Assembly: GCA_964013405.1 (NCBI GenBank)
Contig: CAXGWI010000108.1
Location: 1-11,993 of the forward strand
DNA length: 11,993 bases
Source: an uncultured Myxococcales bacterium
GTDB lineage: Bacteria > Myxococcota > UBA4151
Reading direction: 5' to 3'
The notes under the pieces were generated by a model. That model had not been told where the DNA came from. It ran no database searches and saw only the letters and a list, made by a program, of their open reading frames with translations. Shown here in pieces: positions 1-7,305 of this stretch. The position numbers were made by a program, and so were the translations under genes. Within the stretch, counting starts at the first letter, position 1. Each line of letters starts with the position of its first letter.

Positions 1-2
1 GC

Positions 3-326
3 CGCCGCTCCGAGCACCTGGTGATGGTCGGTAGTACGGATCTCAGCGCCCAGCGCCGGCGTATGATGCGGGGCTACGGTGAGGACAGTCTGGCTGAGCT
101 TTGGTATTTCGGCGGCGAGCCCGTTGTCGAAATCCATTGGGGTGAGCCACAACGCATGATGGAGTTGTGGTTCGATCCGCGTTTTACTCGACTTGAGGAT
201 GGTATACCCCTCGGTGATGCGCCGGGCAGTGCCTTGTTCACCTCCTTCGTGCCAGCCGGCGTGGACGAAGGAGCACCCCTGCTTCGGGTGCGGGCGGCCG
301 ATCGAACGGTGGAGACTTTGCGATGA
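3..326 (+). CDS. 3' part of a hypothetical protein, probably starting upstream of the window
   Basis: The frame is open from base 3 (RRSEHLVMVGSTD...). Its TGA (324-326) overlaps the next ATG (323) as ATGA, typical of translational coupling. No recognisable family. Confidence 0.6.
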   Translation, partial: RRSEHLVMVGSTDLSAQRRRMMRGYGEDSLAELWYFGGEPVVEIHWGEPQRMMELWFDPRFTRLEDGIPLGDAPGSALFTSFVPAGVDEGAPLLRVRAADRTVETLR

Positions 327-1840
327 CGATGCGTTGGTTCATCGGCCTGCTTCCCCTGCTCGCGCTGGGCTGCGACGATACCCCGCCTGGGGGGGCTGCT
401 AATCTGCTCAGCCCCCGGGCCCCGGTGGTCGTGAGTTCGGAGTCGGGTAGCCAACTCTTCGTGGTCGATCAGGGGCACTCCATGCTCCGGGCTGTCGACT
501 TGTCATCGGGAACGTACCAGCCAGGACCGAACCCTTACTTCCCTCGGGGCGTGCTCCTCGACGCCGAGATTGTGGACCTGAAGGCCGTTGATGATTCTTT
601 GGTGGCCTTGTCGGCCTCCGGGCGGCTCTTCGATATCCCGCTGGAGACGGGGGCTGCTGTACAGCGATCTGCCCCCTTGCCGGACCTCATCGCGAATTGG
701 CGCCCCGTCGCCATCGTGGGCGAAGGCGATCGCCTGGGTCGGATCGATGAGGACTGTGCCCTGGCTGTGGAGGGGGCGTCGGAGGTTCAAACGGGCGGCT
801 TCGGCCTCTGCCTCGGGCGAGTCGGCGCGCGAGTTTACGGCCTAGGCGACCCCGGTACCATGTGGGTTGCCCCGGTCGATCTCGACCAGGGCCTGGGGGA
901 TCGTACCTTCCTGCCCGATGTGATGAAGCGGCTCATCGTCGATTCCGGTGGGAACCTGTGGGGCCTGAGCGAAGACGGTCTCGTGGTCACGGCCATGGAT
1001 GGGAGCGGGCAGTTGATCCGCCGCTTCGGACTGGTCTCTCCAGCCAACGACCTTGCAGTGACCCGGGATGGGGATGGCGAGGCGGTGCTCGCAGTCGCCG
1101 GGCAAGATGGATACATTTGGTATTTCGATATGACGGGCTCCGTCCACGGCACGCCCTCGGTCCGGGCCCCGGAGGATGCGGTTCCGGCGGCGCTGCTGGG
1201 ATCGTCTACCGATCTTGCTGTGGAGCGAGAGGAAGGGGGTGAGCTTCTTCCCGCCGACGTCCTCGCCATCCACCAGCCGGTCCTCTTTCGCGGGGAAGTT
1301 GATGTCGGGCCCGCTGGCGATCTCATCGGGCTTCCAGCCAATGATTTCATCCTTCGACCGGGCCATCGTGTGATTCTCTACCGAGACGGACAGATCCGAT
1401 GTTACGATGAACTTCAGGCCGACGGTAGGATCAGCGGGCGCTGTGGCTCCGGCACTTGGGACCTGGCCATCCAGAGTCAGTTCTGGGAACTCTTCACGGG
1501 GGTCGAGGCTTGGCGGGAAGATCTTGATCTGACCGGATTAACCCACCTGGCGAGTCTCGGTCTCGGCGAGCACGTGACGCACAACGGTTTTCGCTTTCGG
1601 CGTAAGGAAACGGCGACGACCTATGGTTCTGTGGTCCTCCACTATCGCTTGGGTGTGGGCCTGCGAACGGTTTTGGAGCCCGGTGGCTGGCTCACGGGCC
1701 TGACACAGGCCGAGGTGACGACCTTCTATAACCCCGACAGTCCTCAGGAATGGCTTTTTGCTACGGGCAGTGGAAGCGAGTCCATCTTTCAGTTTCCGCC
1801 CCTGGCGAGCCAATCCTTCGAGATCAAGAGTTACCGTTAA
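323..1840 (+). CDS. Putative lipoprotein with a beta-propeller-like N-terminal region
   Basis: Signal MRWFIGLLPLLALGC with lipobox LALG/C. NHL/YVTN-like blade motifs (LFVVDQGHSMLRAVDL, LIVDSGGNLWGL, LAVAGQDGYIWYFD). The start could be ATG 323 or 329. Confidence 0.75.
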   Translation: MTMRWFIGLLPLLALGCDDTPPGGAANLLSPRAPVVVSSESGSQLFVVDQGHSMLRAVDLSSGTYQPGPNPYFPRGVLLDAEIVDLKAVDDSLVALSASGRLFDIPLETGAAVQRSAPLPDLIANWRPVAIVGEGDRLGRIDEDCALAVEGASEVQTGGFGLCLGRVGARVYGLGDPGTMWVAPVDLDQGLGDRTFLPDVMKRLIVDSGGNLWGLSEDGLVVTAMDGSGQLIRRFGLVSPANDLAVTRDGDGEAVLAVAGQDGYIWYFDMTGSVHGTPSVRAPEDAVPAALLGSSTDLAVEREEGGELLPADVLAIHQPVLFRGEVDVGPAGDLIGLPANDFILRPGHRVILYRDGQIRCYDELQADGRISGRCGSGTWDLAIQSQFWELFTGVEAWREDLDLTGLTHLASLGLGEHVTHNGFRFRRKETATTYGSVVLHYRLGVGLRTVLEPGGWLTGLTQAEVTTFYNPDSPQEWLFATGSGSESIFQFPPLASQSFEIKSYR

Positions 1841-1871
1841 AAAAATCAGCGAGGCGCCGATTGGCGCCTCG
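1839..1871 (-). terminator. Rho-independent terminator after tRNA-Lys, possibly also serving the convergent + gene
   Basis: 9-bp stem CGAGGCGCC (1850-1858) / GGCGCCTCG (1863-1871) with a 4-nt loop. The A7 tract at 1839-1845 is a U tract on the minus strand. Confidence 0.85.
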
Positions 1872-1873
1872 TC

Positions 1874-1949
1874 TGGTAGGTCGTGCAGGACTTGAACCTG
1901 CGGCCATCGGATTAAAAGTCCGGTGCTCTACCACCTGAGCTAACGACCC
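1874..1949 (-). tRNA. tRNA-Lys(TTT)
   Basis: Minus strand reads GGGTCGTTAGCTCAGGTGGTAGAGCACCGGACTTTTAATCCGATGGCCGCAGGTTCAAGTCCTGCACGACCTACCA: a 76-nt cloverleaf with anticodon loop CTTTTAA and encoded CCA. Confidence 0.97.
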
Positions 1950-2004
1950 GTTGCAACGAGCCTCTGCAGGATCGTCTGCTTCAGGTCAAGCGTTTGACCG
2001 CGTT

Positions 2005-3108
2005 CTAGAGGGTCTCGAGGGTTGTTTGCTCGATGATGTAATCGACCAGACCCTTGAGGTCGCCCCGTTGGAGGTATTCCCGGCGCTGGCGATCCGCACC
2101 GCAGCCGCGCTCCAGAATGCGTCGGCAGTTCACGACTTCGTGCATGCAGCCGAGGCGACGGGCCTCGGGCTCGACGAATTCGATGAGCTCTTCCAAGAGG
2201 CGAGAGAGGGGGGCCTGGGCCTTTCGGCCCCAATCGATCAGTTTGCCGCTGGCACCGTAGCGGAGGGCCCGCCACTTATTCTCTTGAATGAAAGCCACCG
2301 GATATTTGCGCCAGGACCAGTTCCGTCGATGGTGATCGGCGAGACGGGCCACCAAGGCTTGAATAAGTGCAGCGATGGCGATGGTCTCGTCGACCGTCAT
2401 CGGCAGATCGCAGATGCGAAATTCCAGCGTGGGGTACTTCACGGAAGGACGCAGGTCCCACCAGAGACGGGCACCACTGTCGACGCATTCGAGGCGGACC
2501 ATGTCATCGATGAAATCGCTATATTCCCGCCAACTCTGAAAGGTGCTCGGAATCCCTGTGCGCGGCAAGCGCTTAAACAGTTCCGCTCGGTGGGAAGAGA
2601 GCCCGGTATCCCGGCCCTGCCAAAAGGGAGAGGAGCACGAGAGGGCTAGCAGGTGGGGCAGGAAGTACCGGGCTTGGTTGTAGACGGCGATCCGCTCGTC
2701 GGGATCGTCGAGGCACACGTGAACGTGCATGCCGCAGATCAGGTTCGCCCGCAGGGTGTCCTGAAAGCGCTCGGTAATCTCTTGGTAGGGGCCGGCAGTG
2801 ATGCCTTGGTCTTCCCAGCGGCTAAAAGGATGGGTCGAAACCGCCGCGATACGAAGGTCCACCTGACGGGCGAGGCGGTTCAGACGCCCTCGCAATGTCG
2901 CAATCTCGTGCCGAGCTTGATCGATGTCCGTACAGACCGGCGTGCCGACTTCGACCACCGATGTGTGGAGTTCCTCTTTGAGTTCGATGGACTCTTCGCC
3001 GGCGTTTTCCGCAGCGGCATAAAGGTCCATGTAGCCCGGAGCGAGGGCCCGGGTCGTTGGATCGACGATGAAGAATTCCTCTTCGATCCCAACGGTAAAA
3101 TCGGCCAT
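2005..3108 (-). CDS. ybdK: YbdK-family carboxylate-amine ligase (glutamate--cysteine ligase 2, GCS2)
   Basis: Motifs FTVGIEEEFFIVD, VVEVGTPVC, STHPF, ICGMHVHV, LALSCSSPFWQG.DTG, LWWDLRP, TLEFRICD, ENKWRA.RYG. SD GGGAGG about 10 nt upstream of the ATG. Confidence 0.93.
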   Translation of the reverse strand: MADFTVGIEEEFFIVDPTTRALAPGYMDLYAAAENAGEESIELKEELHTSVVEVGTPVCTDIDQARHEIATLRGRLNRLARQVDLRIAAVSTHPFSRWEDQGITAGPYQEITERFQDTLRANLICGMHVHVCLDDPDERIAVYNQARYFLPHLLALSCSSPFWQGRDTGLSSHRAELFKRLPRTGIPSTFQSWREYSDFIDDMVRLECVDSGARLWWDLRPSVKYPTLEFRICDLPMTVDETIAIAALIQALVARLADHHRRNWSWRKYPVAFIQENKWRALRYGASGKLIDWGRKAQAPLSRLLEELIEFVEPEARRLGCMHEVVNCRRILERGCGADRQRREYLQRGDLKGLVDYIIEQTTLETL

Positions 3109-3150
3109 TTTTGATGGGCCTCCCTCAATGGGGAATGGTCACGAGGGACC

Positions 3151-3306
3151 TTACTTGATCTTGGCTTCCTTGAAGATCACGTGCTTACGCGCAACCGGGT
3201 CGTACTTCCGGAGCTCCAGCTTGCCAACGCCCTGGGCCCGCTTCTTTTCAGTGGTGTAGAAATAGCCAGTGCCAGCGGTGGAAACGAGGCGGATCAGTTC
3301 ACGCAT
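3151..3306 (-). CDS. rpmG: 50S ribosomal protein L33, Zn-free (C-) type
   Basis: Manual translation (below the ORF-track cutoff): [51 protein letters not shown]. Classic L33 motifs with no Cys. SD AGGAG upstream. Confidence 0.96.
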   Translation of the reverse strand: MRELIRLVSTAGTGYFYTTEKKRAQGVGKLELRKYDPVARKHVIFKEAKIK

Positions 3307-3336
3307 AATTGAAATACTCCTGCAAAGTCGGGCGCC

Positions 3337-3364
3337 CCGTTATCAGCGGACGGGGACCTGTCAA
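3337..3364 (-). promoter_or_regulatory. Putative sigma70 promoter for rpmG-ybdK
   Basis: Perfect TTGACA on the minus strand (3364-3359), then a 16-nt spacer ending in TGA and a weak -10 (TAACGG). Confidence 0.4.
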
Positions 3365-3439
3365 AGGAATTTCCTCGGTGGCATTGCGGATTCCTATGGA
3401 ATAAGGGCTCGGGGTAGAGGGGGCTGGAAGGATGGTGTT

Positions 3440-5416
3440 TTGCTGCGTTTGATGACCTGTGGCTTTGCGCTCGGCTTGGTGGCCTGCGGGCCCGGCGAGC
3501 CTGAGATCGTTGCGCCCGATGAGGGGCCAACTCGGCGCTACGTCTATCGAGGAATCTCTGGGGTTTCCATGGGAGGGGGCGCGTCGGCCACGCTGGGGTT
3601 TCGCCAGCCGGATCGATTCGATTTCGTCGGCATTATGGGTGGGCCTTTAGCCGATGCGACCAGTTTCGGCCGGATGCTCCGGCGTGGCTGGATGGGGGGA
3701 TTCTGTGACTTGGAGTTCCTAGAAGCCTTAATGGCCAGCGGCCATGACCTCGACGACGAGCGTGCCTTTTGTGGTCTCTACACCGATCAGGCCCGCGCGG
3801 ACATCCAGGCAACAGAGTATGCGGTTCCCAAAGAGTTTCTACCGGCGGGGCAAGAGCCTCTGCTCGAGGCTGTCAGTGACTACAATAATTGGTGGCGCGG
3901 TCCCCAGGGGGGGCGTGGCGGCAGTTTCCATCGAGACAAGCTTTTCAACTCCTTCGAGGATATCTCTAAATCCTTTGGTAATGCCCTCTATCACCCCAAC
4001 GAGGAGGTGCCTTGGGCCGCGCCGGGCGTGACGAAGGCCTGGTTGGACCAGAGTCCGGAAGAACGATGTGCCAATCCCGTCGTCCTCGAGAGCTATTACA
4101 ACGCCGAATACAACCCTCGAGGGGACTACCCGGTCATCACCTTTTGTGAAGGTGTCCACCGAGATCCCGACCGAAGCGCTGAAGCCCAGCTAGGCCGTAT
4201 TCTCCCGGAGACACCGCGGACCAAGTCGGTGGCGGTGCTGTTGGCCGTCGACCTCAATCGTAATGGGCGCCGTGATTATGGTGAGCCCGTGATCATGAAC
4301 GCCTATGAACGGTATCGAGACTGGGGAGTCGATGGCCTTGGTAACTCAGACGAACCCGGTTACGACCCAGTGTCGAATCCCGATCCTCACGGTGATGACT
4401 TTGATCCTCAATCCAATCCGACGGGTACGGAACGGGATTGGCGCTTCCAGCCGGGCGAACCCTTTGATGATTTTGGCCTCGATGGGGTCGATGGCACGAA
4501 CGATCTCGGGGAAGGGAACGGCCAGCACGACTATTCCCCTGGCTGGCAGCATTTCACCAGCTTGGATGCCGGTCGACTCTTGGAAGAGATGTCTGACGAG
4601 CAGCTCGCCCGGCTGGACATTTACATGGATGCGGGCATTCGGGATTTTCTCAACACAGTCATCCACAGCAATTGGTTATGGGCTCGACTCATGCCTCGTG
4701 TCCCAGCCCGCAACCGCACCCAGTTGCTGGACTTCGATGCTCTGCGCTGGCCGGAGGACCGTGTCTTTAATCCCAACTATTTCGACCGGGACAAGCTGAA
4801 GCCCTTCACTTACTTACGTTATGGTCATCTCGACGCGAACCAGAACCAGGTGTTGTCCGGCGATGGCAACCACGTCGGCACGGTCTCTCAGGTGCTTGGC
4901 CGGATCCAGATGGTCCTGAGCGTGGGGCAGGGGACCTGGCCGAATCCGGATCTGGAACCCCGGCGAAACCCAGCGGGTCAAGACGGCTACGGCGGCGTGG
5001 ACTCCTTTGAGAGTGTCGCCTTGGGTCGAACCCGGACCTTCTCCTACGTGCTGCCACCGGAATACCATGATCCCGAGCGGGCCGATGAGCGCTACCCAGT
5101 CCTCTATTTTCTCCATGGGCAGGGGCAGGAGCACGAGGGGATGGTGGCCAGTGGGATCTTCTTTCAGACCGCGATGGCCGAGAGTCAGCGGCCAGGGATG
5201 AGTGATTGGACCAAATTCATCATCATTTTTCCCGATGGCCATTGTTACGATGACGTCGATGATTGTCACAGTGGGACGTTCTGGAACGACTTTGTCACCG
5301 GTGAGCAACGCTCCCGCTTCGAAGCGGATTTTTGGGAGTTGCTCGATGTGGTGGATAATCGCTATCGGACCCGTCAGCCGGAGGACGTTCCCATCCCTTT
5401 AGCAGAAGGTGATTGA
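3440..5416 (+). CDS. Lipoprotein alpha/beta-hydrolase (Fes/putative esterase PF00756-like), circularly permuted, with an Asp-rich insertion
   Basis: Likely start is TTG 3440 after GGAAGG (or ATG 3452), giving MLRLMTCGFALGLVA/C with a lipobox. Motifs: GVSMGG nucleophile elbow, YMDAGIRD, GDGNH and YPVLYFLHG. The ORF-track start at 3269 overlaps rpmG and is not credible. Confidence 0.85.
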   Translation: MLRLMTCGFALGLVACGPGEPEIVAPDEGPTRRYVYRGISGVSMGGGASATLGFRQPDRFDFVGIMGGPLADATSFGRMLRRGWMGGFCDLEFLEALMASGHDLDDERAFCGLYTDQARADIQATEYAVPKEFLPAGQEPLLEAVSDYNNWWRGPQGGRGGSFHRDKLFNSFEDISKSFGNALYHPNEEVPWAAPGVTKAWLDQSPEERCANPVVLESYYNAEYNPRGDYPVITFCEGVHRDPDRSAEAQLGRILPETPRTKSVAVLLAVDLNRNGRRDYGEPVIMNAYERYRDWGVDGLGNSDEPGYDPVSNPDPHGDDFDPQSNPTGTERDWRFQPGEPFDDFGLDGVDGTNDLGEGNGQHDYSPGWQHFTSLDAGRLLEEMSDEQLARLDIYMDAGIRDFLNTVIHSNWLWARLMPRVPARNRTQLLDFDALRWPEDRVFNPNYFDRDKLKPFTYLRYGHLDANQNQVLSGDGNHVGTVSQVLGRIQMVLSVGQGTWPNPDLEPRRNPAGQDGYGGVDSFESVALGRTRTFSYVLPPEYHDPERADERYPVLYFLHGQGQEHEGMVASGIFFQTAMAESQRPGMSDWTKFIIIFPDGHCYDDVDDCHSGTFWNDFVTGEQRSRFEADFWELLDVVDNRYRTRQPEDVPIPLAEGD

Positions 5417-5422
5417 AGGGAT

Positions 5423-5451
5423 TTGGAATCATCGCCGGGCTTTGTTATGCC
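5423..5451 (+). promoter_or_regulatory. Putative sigma70 promoter for the outer-membrane protein gene
   Basis: TTGGAA-17 nt-TATGCC with an extended -10 TG at 5443-5444. SD AAGGA at 5464-5468. Confidence 0.35.
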
Positions 5452-5473
5452 CCGGGCGCCCTGAAGGAAAAAG

Positions 5474-7099
5474 ATGATGATGAAGCGCCTCACTGTTTGG
5501 ACCCTTGCCTCGCTGCTACTGGCCGTGAGCAGCCCGGTGTACGCAGAGCGCTCCGCAAGTCTTCAGAACAATGCGTTGTTCGAAGATCGAGACAACGTCT
5601 TTCTCTACCCGGGCCTGTTGTTACGCAACAGCGATGTCCTGCGCATGGATCTCGGTGGGGCCGCTTCTAGCGGTAACGGTCTCGTGACCTGGTCCTTGGG
5701 TGATTATACGCTCGGATTTGCCATCCACCGGAACCAGGTGGCGACGCTGACCGGTGGCGGAGTCCTCGCCCCGGCCGATGCCGAGGAGTCGACCAGCCTG
5801 GCGGGCGTCGGCGGTGGCATCTTCCAGTTCCCGGAGGAAGGCGTCCGAGAGATTAAAGATCTCATGCTGAGTCTGATCGACCGGAACGCGCCCGGCGCCG
5901 GCCTGATCATCGACGCGATCGAGAACATGGACCCGGTCGGAGGCTTGCTTGCCGGCCCAAGTCCCAGTGAGATCGTCGACCTCATGATTGGCTTCCCCAT
6001 GGGGGCCATGGATGGTGGCCTCCGGGTCGCCGCCTGGTCGGGCACCAAGAATGACGCGTTCAAGGTAGACCGTATCGATCCTGCGACCGGACTCGTGGTC
6101 GAGGATGAGAATGGCGATCCGATCAGGGACGACAAAACCCGAACTGCCAATCAGACCGGTTTAGGCCTCACCTTTGGGCTTCGCACTCGGAGCGAGTCAG
6201 GGGCCCGCATCGACGGCAGCGTGAGTCTAGGCCTGCTCAGTGGCAATTCCAACGACCAACACCGCCAACTGGACGAGGAAACCTCGCAGCGCCTCGCCGG
6301 CGCCGATGTCCGGATGATGATGCCCATGCGCGAGGGGATGGATCTGGGCCTGTTAGCCGGGCTTCGTTACTTCTCCGCCAAAGGTTCTGTAACACGGGAC
6401 GAGGCCACGACGACGAACAGCCAGGGGGCCGGTTTCGGTGTCGCGGTGGGTGCTGGACCTTTGTTCACCGATAGCGATGGTGGTCAGGTCGGATTCTATG
6501 GTGTGGTGAGCTTACTCAACAGCGCCATTGACCCCGATACGGGTCAAAACAACGATCGGGTCAATTCCCAGGCTCTGGTGGTGCCCGGTGTCCGAGCTGC
6601 GGCGGAGTGGCCCTTCAAGGACTGGTTGAAGCTACGGGCCGGCATGGACTACACATTTGGTCGTTCATCGACGGACACCGGTGGGAACACCACAAGCATG
6701 CAGAACAGCGGCGGTACCTTCGCTTGGAGTGCGGGCTTTGGCGCCCAGTGGAAGCGGTTTCAACTCGACGGCACCTTTCATCACTCCTGCTTACTGCTCG
6801 CCTGCGAGAACGGCCTCATGACTGCCATCTCTGGAACTTACTTTTTCGGCGATGCAGCGAAGGCAAAACAGCGCCTAGCGCCCCGAGCTGCACCGGTCGA
6901 GCGACGTCGGGACGACTACCGAGATCGAGACCGAGATCGCGATCGAGACCGGGATCGAGACCGGGATCGAGACCGGGACGGTAACGCGGATAAAAGCGGG
7001 GACGGTGAGCGTGGAGCGGGTGATTCGGTCGACTCAGACCGGTCGGAAGATTCCCGTTCGCGGGATGAAGATGGGGGGCGTCGTCGTATGCGTCGATAG
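5474..7099 (+). CDS. Outer-membrane beta-barrel (porin-like) protein with a charged low-complexity C-terminal tail
   Basis: Sec signal ending VYA. Many amphipathic strands (GLGLTFGLR, AAAEWPFKDWLKLRAGMDYTF, FAWSAGFGAQWKRFQLDGTF, TAISGTYFF), followed by an 83-aa R/D/G/S-rich tail. Confidence 0.8.
   Translation: MMMKRLTVWTLASLLLAVSSPVYAERSASLQNNALFEDRDNVFLYPGLLLRNSDVLRMDLGGAASSGNGLVTWSLGDYTLGFAIHRNQVATLTGGGVLAPADAEESTSLAGVGGGIFQFPEEGVREIKDLMLSLIDRNAPGAGLIIDAIENMDPVGGLLAGPSPSEIVDLMIGFPMGAMDGGLRVAAWSGTKNDAFKVDRIDPATGLVVEDENGDPIRDDKTRTANQTGLGLTFGLRTRSESGARIDGSVSLGLLSGNSNDQHRQLDEETSQRLAGADVRMMMPMREGMDLGLLAGLRYFSAKGSVTRDEATTTNSQGAGFGVAVGAGPLFTDSDGGQVGFYGVVSLLNSAIDPDTGQNNDRVNSQALVVPGVRAAAEWPFKDWLKLRAGMDYTFGRSSTDTGGNTTSMQNSGGTFAWSAGFGAQWKRFQLDGTFHHSCLLLACENGLMTAISGTYFFGDAAKAKQRLAPRAAPVERRRDDYRDRDRDRDRDRDRDRDRDRDGNADKSGDGERGAGDSVDSDRSEDSRSRDEDGGRRRMRR
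6920..6979 (+). repeat. Coding hexamer repeat (CGN GAY) x10 encoding (RD)10
   Basis: cgagat cgagac cgagat cgcgat cgagac cgggat cgagac cgggat cgagac cgggac. Includes a perfect GATCGAGACCGG x3 at 6941-6976. Confidence 0.95.
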
Positions 7100-7112
7100 T
7101 TTCTCTCTGGCT

Positions 7113-7187
7113 GGCCCCATCGTCTAGCGGTTAGGACACCGGGTTTTCATCCCGGCAACCGGGGTTCGATTCCCCGTGGGGTCACCA
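7113..7187 (+). tRNA. tRNA-Glu(TTC)
   Basis: GGCCCCATCGTCTAGCGGTTAGGACACCGGGTTTTCATCCCGGCAACCGGGGTTCGATTCCCCGTGGGGTCACCA: 75 nt, anticodon TTC, encoded CCA. Confidence 0.97.
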
Positions 7188-7190
7188 AGA

Positions 7191-7224
7191 AGCCTCCGCC
7201 CAGTGCGGAGGCTCTTATTTTTTT
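7191..7224 (+). terminator. Rho-independent terminator after tRNA-Glu
   Basis: Stem AGCCTCCGC / GCGGAGGCT with a 5-nt loop, followed by CTTATTTTTTT. Confidence 0.88.
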
Positions 7225-7305
7225 ATCGTGCGCGGGCGCGCGCGGCCTTGACCTTCGGCCCGGTTGCGCGGAAGCATTCCGAACCTCTGATAAGGGAGTG
7301 AAAAA

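Noticed and set aside
1750..1938. 62-aa ORF
   Set aside because: It runs through the terminator and is antisense to tRNA-Lys.
1951..3259. Plus-strand ORFs 1951-2649, 2653-3114 and 3068-3259
   Set aside because: They are antisense shadows of ybdK and rpmG with no recognisable motifs.
3269..3439. N-terminal extension of the 715-aa ORF
   Set aside because: It overlaps rpmG and its upstream region on the opposite strand. The lipoprotein signal and SD support a start at 3440 or 3452.
6920..6979. Tandem repeat as a CRISPR array or phase-variation switch
   Set aside because: There are no spacers, and the units are multiples of 3 within coding sequence, so slippage would not shift the frame.
1874..7187. 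Genomic island bounded by the two tRNAs
   Set aside because: The tRNAs point outward. No duplicated tRNA 3' end or integrase was seen, and the content includes housekeeping genes.
2005..7187. Functional link between the glutamate ligase YbdK and tRNA-Glu (tRNA-dependent chemistry)
   Set aside because: YbdK-family enzymes use ATP and free glutamate, and the two genes are in separate transcription units.
7248..7277. TTGACC as a ppiA promoter
   Set aside because: The -35 is good, but there is no convincing -10 at 16-18 nt spacing.
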